From assembly GCA_964523735.1 (NCBI GenBank), contig CAZFYZ010000001.1:10672-74671 (forward strand): DNA of 64,000 nt. The letters are read 5' to 3'. The notes beneath the pieces were generated by a model that did no database searches, was not told where the DNA came from, and was given only the letters and a program-made list of their open reading frames with translations. The DNA is from an uncultured bacterium. Its GTDB lineage: Bacteria > Armatimonadota > UBA5829. The position numbers and the translations under genes are program-made. This document shows positions 1 to 6,200 of this stretch, in pieces (positions within the stretch are counted from its first letter, which is position 1; each line of letters opens with the position of its first letter).

Positions 1-179
1 GTGTTGCTGAGTTTCGTTCGATGCTGCGCGAGCCGCAGCGCGCAGTGCTCGAATGCCTGCTTGCCGGCCTAACCTGGCGGGAGGCCGGGAGTGCTCTGGG
101 CTGCACGTCAGCAAATGTCGCCTACTACGTGCGGCAGATCAAACGCCGGTATGTGGAGTGGTCGGGACAGGCGCCTTAG
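1..179 (+). CDS. Partial CDS (5' end outside window): C-terminal helix-turn-helix fragment, sigma-70 region 4 / LuxR-type
   Basis: Frame 3 from position 3 translates as ...REPQRAVLECLLAGLTWREAGSALGCTSANVAYYVRQIKRRYVEWSGQAP and ends at TAG 177-179. The LxxLxxGxSxxEIAxxLGxSxxTVKxxxxR-like pattern is typical of sigma-70 region 4.2 / LuxR HTH. It is not in the ORF track because it begins outside the window. Confidence 0.4.
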   Translation, partial: VAEFRSMLREPQRAVLECLLAGLTWREAGSALGCTSANVAYYVRQIKRRYVEWSGQAP

Positions 180-192
180 CACGACTTCCGTT

Positions 193-217
193 GTTTCGGG
201 ACACCCTGTCCCGAAAC
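193..217. repeat. Perfect 11-bp-arm palindrome GTTTCGGGACA-ccc-TGTCCCGAAAC, 14 nt after the partial gene's stop; a related copy lies at 62814-62839
   Basis: Read directly from the sequence. The arms are exact reverse complements with a 3-nt loop. It is a possible bidirectional terminator or REP-like element. Confidence 0.55.
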
Positions 218-515
218 GTCAGGCTTAGCACCGCGCGTGGCCCAGTCTATATAGCGCATGGAGGCGACGCACAATCCGGCCTCCAGAAGGAGGTGGGTGA
301 CTATGACCAGCAGTCTAACACCCGCCCCTGGAGCAGGGCGCCGGTAGTGACGACCCGGGCAAATGCTCCGCCTGGCCGCCGGTTTCGCTCGGCGGCCAGG
401 CATAGGTACACTGCAGGGGCGAAGCATTTGCTGCCAGGGGTTTGTCCGCAGAGAAGAGCCCCTGACGCCTGCCAGGGGCGTCAGAGACGCCCGCTACAAC
501 TCTATCGCAACAGCC

Positions 516-1613
516 TCACTTCTGCGGCCAGTCTATGATCAGCGTATCGCCTTGCACATAGCAGGTCAGGCCGTTCTGCCTCAGGAGAGACTCCAGCGCC
601 TGCGAGAGTGGCACGTTGTTGTAGTTCAGGGTGTAGGTCACCTCAGGCAGCGCGGGCAGGATCCGGTAGTTCACCCCCGCGTCGGAGAGAAGCTTGCCGA
701 TGGCCCCAGCCAGCGGCAGGCTGCTGATGGAGGTCGTGACTGTCTTCGTGCCGATCAGCGGATTGGTCTTGTCCACGGTCTGCCCCATTGGCTCGATCAC
801 GATGACGTTACCCTCAACATGGAACGCGAAGCCCTGGTTGCGCAGGGCTGATTCCAGCGCCCCAGCGAGCGGCACATTGTTGTAGCTGAGGCTGATCGTC
901 GGGCTTTGGGGGAGGGGCGAGGTGAACCGGTAGTTCACCCCTGCATCTCTGAGCAGCTTTTCAATGGCCTCGTTGAATGGCAGGTTCTGGATGTTGTTGT
1001 TGACGCGTATGTCGGCCAGCCACTGCGGAACATCGATGTTGCTGCCCGTGCCCATGAATCCTGGCATGACTCCGCTGCCGGTCATTGAACCGCTGGATGT
1101 GCTGGTCGTTGTCGAAGTGCTGGTCTGGCAGTCTCCAGAGCCGCCGCTCACACCTGCTGAGGCTCCTCCCCAGCCGCCCCCGCCTGCGCCGCCTCCAGCC
1201 ATGCCACCGGCGGATCCGGACGTCATTACTCCGGACGACATCCCGGTCCCACCCATCTGCAGCCCGATTGCCCCTCCGGGGGTGGCCGCGTCGATGACCA
1301 CAACGTCACGATCCACGAAGTACTTGAGCCCCTGCGATGGCAGGAACATGTCCAATACCATGCCGAGTGGCACATTGCTGAAGCTCGTGCTGATCGCGCA
1401 GTTCGTCGGCAGTTGGGGCAGCACCTTGTACTTGACTCTGGCGGACTTGAAGATCTGGTCGATTGCGACGGGGAGTGTCTGGTTCTGTACGCTGGTGTTG
1501 ACCATAACGTTATTAAGCCAAGCGGGGGGGGCCTGGTTCTGCGAGGCGCACGGCGCGGTGCAAATGCCGATCAAGACTGTGCAGTAGGCGATGCCCAATG
1601 CTATGGTTCTCAT
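516..1613 (-). CDS. Secreted protein with three tandem ~75-aa STN / secretin-N0-like repeats separated by a Gly/Ser/Thr/Met-rich linker
   Basis: The N-terminal signal peptide is MRTIALGIAYCTVLIGICTAPCASQ. The repeated units are ...IQNLPFNEAIEKLLRDAGVNYRF...ISLSYNNVPLAGALESALRNQGFAFHVEGNVIVIEP, ...LPLAGAIGKLLSDAGVNYRI...YTLNYNNVPLSQALESLLRQNGLTCYVQGDTLIID and ...ISTSFSNVPLGMVLDMFLPSQGLKYFVDRDVVVID. The pattern (V/I)PLxxALxxLLxxxGLxYxVxGxxIxI matches the STN (secretin and TonB N-terminus) signalling-domain consensus. Its start codon is 1 nt after the anti-sigma stop (TGAgATG). Confidence 0.6.
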   Translation of the reverse strand: MRTIALGIAYCTVLIGICTAPCASQNQAPPAWLNNVMVNTSVQNQTLPVAIDQIFKSARVKYKVLPQLPTNCAISTSFSNVPLGMVLDMFLPSQGLKYFVDRDVVVIDAATPGGAIGLQMGGTGMSSGVMTSGSAGGMAGGGAGGGGWGGASAGVSGGSGDCQTSTSTTTSTSSGSMTGSGVMPGFMGTGSNIDVPQWLADIRVNNNIQNLPFNEAIEKLLRDAGVNYRFTSPLPQSPTISLSYNNVPLAGALESALRNQGFAFHVEGNVIVIEPMGQTVDKTNPLIGTKTVTTSISSLPLAGAIGKLLSDAGVNYRILPALPEVTYTLNYNNVPLSQALESLLRQNGLTCYVQGDTLIIDWPQK

Positions 1614-1614
1614 C

Positions 1615-2406
1615 TCAGAGCTCCTTTTGATTCCTGCTGATCTCGGGTTCGTATTGTATCAGCTGCGCGTCATCTGCTACTCCGGAAATCCGCCGTTTCT
1701 CGCGGTAGATCGTGACGGCGCCGGTGGACGGGTCTACGCGGGTGATCTCCATCGAAGACTCCCCAACAACGAACTGCCCTGGGCCGACTCGCGGCGGTGC
1801 CGGCGTCCTCACCACCTGCGTGTCATCGGGCAGAGCCACTTGAGCGTCCTGCTCCGGCTTGGGCTTGAGCGGCTCTGTGACCGAGGCCTGGTTACCCGGC
1901 TGCAGGTTTCTCCTCACTGACGGGACAGGTGCTCGCCTGGAGTGCTTAGCTACGGCTCGTGGTCGAGGTGTTCCCGGCACGTTGACTCTACGTGTTTGGA
2001 GAGCAGTCTGCTGGTTATCCGGCACGTCAGTGACTTTGACTTTGGGAGTAGACTGCTTAATGGCGGTCTGATTGATACCGCCCCGATGCTTGTCCTGCGC
2101 AGGACCCATAAGCAGCGTCGCGCAACAGACAACCACCAGCAGGATCACTGCTGACGCAAGCACCGGCACGAGCCATCTTCGCGGCTGCCTCGCGTAATCG
2201 GGGAGTTGCAAGAGGGCCAGTTCGTCGGGAACCGGCAAATGCTCCCATGGCCCCGAGAGTGCTTCCGCATCCGTCCTGTGCTTCTTGTATTCGGTGGAGC
2301 AAGCCTCGCACTCGGCCAAGTGCTTCATTGCATCATCAGCAAGCCACGAATCCAGTTCACCAGCGGCCAGTTCCGGCATTATCTTAGCGAGCTTCCGGCA
2401 GTTCAT
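1615..2406 (-). CDS. Membrane-anchored anti-sigma factor (zf-HC2-like N-terminus, one TM helix, Pro-rich periplasmic region)
   Basis: The ORF track gives 1615..2484, but the likely start is the internal Met (MNCRKLAKIMPELAAGELDSWLADDAMKHLAECEACSTEY...) at 2406, whose ATG overlaps the TGA stop of the upstream ECF sigma gene (ATGA). The HxxxCxxC-type motif (HLAECEAC) is typical of zf-HC2 anti-sigma factors. One hydrophobic TM segment (WLVPVLASAVILLVVVCCATLLMG) is followed by a Pro/basic-rich region. Confidence 0.65.
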   Translation of the reverse strand: MNCRKLAKIMPELAAGELDSWLADDAMKHLAECEACSTEYKKHRTDAEALSGPWEHLPVPDELALLQLPDYARQPRRWLVPVLASAVILLVVVCCATLLMGPAQDKHRGGINQTAIKQSTPKVKVTDVPDNQQTALQTRRVNVPGTPRPRAVAKHSRRAPVPSVRRNLQPGNQASVTEPLKPKPEQDAQVALPDDTQVVRTPAPPRVGPGQFVVGESSMEITRVDPSTGAVTIYREKRRISGVADDAQLIQYEPEISRNQKEL

Positions 2407-2960
2407 CTCCCCAACTCCTCGTGCTTTCGTCTGAACGCTTCTCGCGCCCTGTGTAAGCGGCCTCTTGCAGCTTGCGGCGAGCATCCCAGGGCGTCGGCCA
2501 GCTCCTGGCTCGACAGGCCCTCGATATAGAACAGCACCAAAGCTGTTCTGGCGTCCGCCGGCAAGCAGTTCATCAAGTCCATGACACTGCTCTCATCGCG
2601 GCCGGTCTGCTCCGGCTCTGGAATCTGTTCCTGAATGTCTCTGCGTCGCGACTCTTTGCGCGCGTGGTCGCAGCAGATGTTGATCGCGATCCGGCAGACC
2701 CACGATCTGAAGCTCGACCTGCCCTGAAACGACCGTATTGACTTGTATGCCCGTATGAATGCCGTCTGAGTAGCATCCACGGCATCTTCGGTGGAGCCCA
2801 GGACCCGCCGGCACACGTTGTAGATGAACTCCTTGTGCCGCTGGAACAGCTGGTCGAAAGCCTCGCGTCTGCCGTCCTGCGCGAGTCTGACGAGAAGCAG
2901 ATCCGTATCCTGCTCAGCCAAGCTCAATCCGAGAGTAGTCTCCATAGGCCCCGCACTCAT
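2403..2960 (-). CDS. ECF-family RNA polymerase sigma factor (sigma-70 regions 2 and 4)
   Basis: The translation ...LLLVRLAQDGRREAFDQLFQRHKEFIYNVCRRVLGSTEDAVDATQTAFIRAYKSIRSFQGRSSFRSWVCRIAIN... shows region 2 with FxxW. The C-terminal ...ALVLFYIEGLSSQELADALGCSPQAARGRLHRAREAFRR is a region 4 HTH. The length is 185 aa, and the gene is translationally coupled to the anti-sigma gene. Confidence 0.85.
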   Translation of the reverse strand: MSAGPMETTLGLSLAEQDTDLLLVRLAQDGRREAFDQLFQRHKEFIYNVCRRVLGSTEDAVDATQTAFIRAYKSIRSFQGRSSFRSWVCRIAINICCDHARKESRRRDIQEQIPEPEQTGRDESSVMDLMNCLPADARTALVLFYIEGLSSQELADALGCSPQAARGRLHRAREAFRRKHEELGR

Positions 2961-3204
2961 GAGTGTTCAGAGTTAAGACGATGCGATGGCAGGCAAATGT
3001 TACGTGGTTCGGACGCCAACCAGTGTAATTTCGCATCTATTCTACAACGGGTGGGGACCACGCGCGCAGACAATGTTGGCGTGATGGATGGCTGCTGCGG
3101 GAGCTGCGTAGGAGAAGTGGCCGGCGGGTGCTTGGCGGCAACGTTACGGCCGGCAAGCGGGGGCTGGGATCTCTCACTTTCCGAAAGCGGCTGCACATAG
3201 ACGA

Positions 3205-3243
3205 CATCGGCTATATTGCAGTCGCATGGCAATATAGCCGATG
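3205..3243. repeat. Perfect 15-bp inverted repeat CATCGGCTATATTGC-(9 nt)-GCAATATAGCCGATG, 32 nt downstream of the giant gene's stop and upstream of the ECF sigma promoter region
   Basis: Read directly from the sequence. The stem is AT-rich for this genome. It could be an intrinsic terminator for the giant gene or a dimeric regulator operator in front of the sigma/anti-sigma operon. Confidence 0.5.
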
Positions 3244-3274
3244 GTTGATGTCGTGGCACCGACCTCAGCGGAGG

Positions 3275-6200
3275 CTACTGGTTGTACACTTCCAGGCTTA
3301 TGCCTGGCAGGCCAGTGTTACCCAGGCTGCCTCCGCCTCCGGCGAATGGCGCGAAGATGAACTCGTTGGCTCCGACAGTGATCGGCGAGTTGAACGCAAA
3401 TATGCATATCGAGGGGCCGCCAGGGCCTCCTGAGCCGTGGCCGCCGTTACCGCCCTTGCCCCCGACTCCGCCGTTGCCACCCGCGCCGATCTCGTCCGTA
3501 TCAAGCGCCGCTCCGTAGCCGCGTGACCCGCCATTGCCGCCAGCGCCGCCGGCGCCTCCGGCCCCGCCTATTCCGCCACTTCCGGAAGTGAGTTGGTTGC
3601 TGTCTACTGTGGCGACCGCATTAGCGATGAAGACAGCGAACGATCCGCCGCCGCCCTGACCGCCGCTGCCTCCCGCGCCCGCAGCGCCTCCGCCACCGCC
3701 ACCGCCTCCGCCGTTGCCGGAGCCGTCGATGACAAAGAAGCCGGACTGTGCGCCACCGCCGCCTCCGCCTCCGCCGCCGCCGCCGTTGCCGCCGGTGGAG
3801 CCATTACCGCTGGTCGGAGGGAGATACATCCCGTCGGCGACGGTGCCGATTGCCGAGGCTTGCGCGCCGTTCACTCCGTCAGCTCCGTCAGCGCCGTTTT
3901 GCCCGTCGCCGCCGCGCTTGCCGGGGTTGCCCCACGCGCCGCCGGATCCGCCATAAGCGCCACCCGCTCCATATCCGCCCGCCTGGCCGTTATGCTCGCC
4001 CGCAACGCCGCCCTGGCCGCCATATCCGCCAAACATGCCGCACGCAGAGTTCCCGTATGCGCCTCCGTAACCGGGCGGTGTGCCATCGCAGTTGCCGTTT
4101 CCCCCGGGACCACCCTGGCCTCCGGCTTGGCCGGCCGGCCCAGCAACGCCATCCGCGCCGACAGCCCCGCTCCCGGCAGCAATAGCATTACAGCTCAAGA
4201 CCACGTTGCCGGTTCCGTTGCTGATGAGCACGCCATAGCTGCTGCCGCCGGCAGTTGTTGCGTTGGCTGAGAATATGCTGAAGCCCTCGATGTGCGTTTC
4301 CTGGGTGATCGCGTTGGCTGAGATAGCCACAGTCCCGCCAATGATGCTGGTTATGTTGCTCAGCGACCGGCCCCAACGTGCTGTCCCGTCGTAGAGGCCG
4401 TAGATGCTCACGCCAGATTGCATTGCCAGTGTGCCGCCGGTTGGCGAGTAGGCTCCGGCCGCGACGTAAACGTCTTTTCTTGGGGAGGCGGCAGCAGCGA
4501 GCTCGATGCCTCTTTCAATTGTGGCCACCGGCCTGTCGAGGGTGCCTGAGTTCGAGTCGCTGCCCCACGGGCTCGGCGCGACGAAGACTGCGCGCGATAT
4601 GTCACCATCGATGCCGTCGCCGTTGGTGTCCTCGAAGAGGCAATCAGGCCTGTCGGGCGTGCCGTCCCCTGTCATTACCGATATGTCCGACGTAGAATTT
4701 GCGAGCACAACGGGTAGTGACTCTGACTCGTGCAGATACATCGAGGATATCCCGGTTGCAGTTACCTGAGTTCCGGCCTTGGGCACCGGCATGGTCGGCA
4801 GCATCACCCTTATGCCTGCTCCTCCCAGCGGATCAGCTGGGAGTCCTTCGGGCTGGGTGACCGGACCATCCCAAATGTCGATGAACTCTCCCTCTGGATC
4901 GACGTAGGAGACATGCCCCACGACCTTCACGAGCAGGCCGATGTTGTTCAATCCCACTCCGCCCTTGATGCCCTTCTGTCCCCTGCCCGAATCGGTATCA
5001 TAGTTGAGGTCAGCTCCGCCAATTGAACGCGGAGCCATCAACAGCGGCCTGACGATCCCCGACCCCATTGGGATGACGGAGGTCGGCTCGATGTATCTCT
5101 CGCCGGCGTCATTGGTGCGCATGGCCCCTCTGATTCTGACGGCGCTGCCCTCAGTGATGGTCTGGAAGGTGCCCTGGACCCTGATCCCGGAAGAGCGATC
5201 GGGCGATCCGATGTAGAAGAAGCCGGGCCAGATCCTGCTGACGATACCGTCGGGTATGTCCACGTCCGATCCGTCGCCCAGCAGCTTTCCGCCGCTGACG
5301 GTTGGGGCGATGACGGTAAGCGCCGCTGTGCTGGACGCGAAGGGTGCTCCGCCTGCCGGAGTCATCAGGACGTCATATCGGCCCGCGTCGTCTATCTGGA
5401 CCTGGCTGATTACCAGCGTGTCGAGCTGTGTTCCCGAGACTCGTCCTGATTCCTGAAGAGGGATTCCGTTCTTGCGCCACTGGATCGCGCAGTCGCCGCT
5501 CAAGCCTATTCGGAAGACGGCTGTCCCGCCTACCGGCGCAGTGAATGGCTGGGGTTGCGCTGTGATCACGACAGCCGGACCCACCTGAATGTACGCAGTC
5601 GCGATGTTGCTGAAGACGGGGTTCTGGGTCTCCCCCTCGTAGTTGCCACGCGCGACATACTGGAACGAGTCCGTGCCTGTGAAGCCTGCGGGAGGCTGGT
5701 AGGAGAAACCTCCCTCACCGTCGGCGCTGAAAATCACAGTTCCGCCTTGAGCCGTTGTCCGCTGCCCGCCCGGCTGGCTCGACTGGTCGAACACGGCCAC
5801 GACCTCGTAACCAACGTGTTCGGGGCTGATAGTGGGCTCCGGGGCATCGTTGGCCAGCACGCCGGCGGACGAGGCGACTGCCAAAGCACCGCCGGCAGCG
5901 ATGTAGTGATCGTCGTTTGCGAGCTGAAGCCGTCCCGGCTGAATGTCTGCCAGAGCAGCCAGAGCATACTTGATATAGGGGTGACTCTCCGTCGACTGCG
6001 TTGAATCGGGCGCAGCAGCCGTGTCGAGGGCAGTCTGCAGTGCACTCGCCCTCTCAGCCATCAGTCCGATCAGATCGGGCGCAGCGTCAGGGATAGCTGT
6101 TGCCGCGTCCTGATAGACTCTGCTGACGCCGTCTTTGCCAAGCCCGATCCCGTCGCCCTTCAGCAGGCCCCGCAGGAGCTGGTTTCTGTCCATGCTCTGG

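Noticed and set aside
53-851. Plus-strand ORFs 53..538 and 363..851 at the left edge
   Set aside because: The only coding signal I could support here is the frame-3 HTH fragment ending at 179. The listed ORFs overlap the palindrome at 193-217 and the 3' end of the STN-repeat gene. They show no motifs.
3300-4400. Highly repetitive GGC/GCC-rich nucleotide tract that could superficially resemble a tandem-repeat or CRISPR-like array
   Set aside because: It has no regular repeat-spacer periodicity. In frame it encodes the continuous polyglycine-rich C-terminal region of the giant protein. The several overlapping plus- and minus-strand ORFs here (3593..4270 and others) are artefacts of the same low-complexity DNA.
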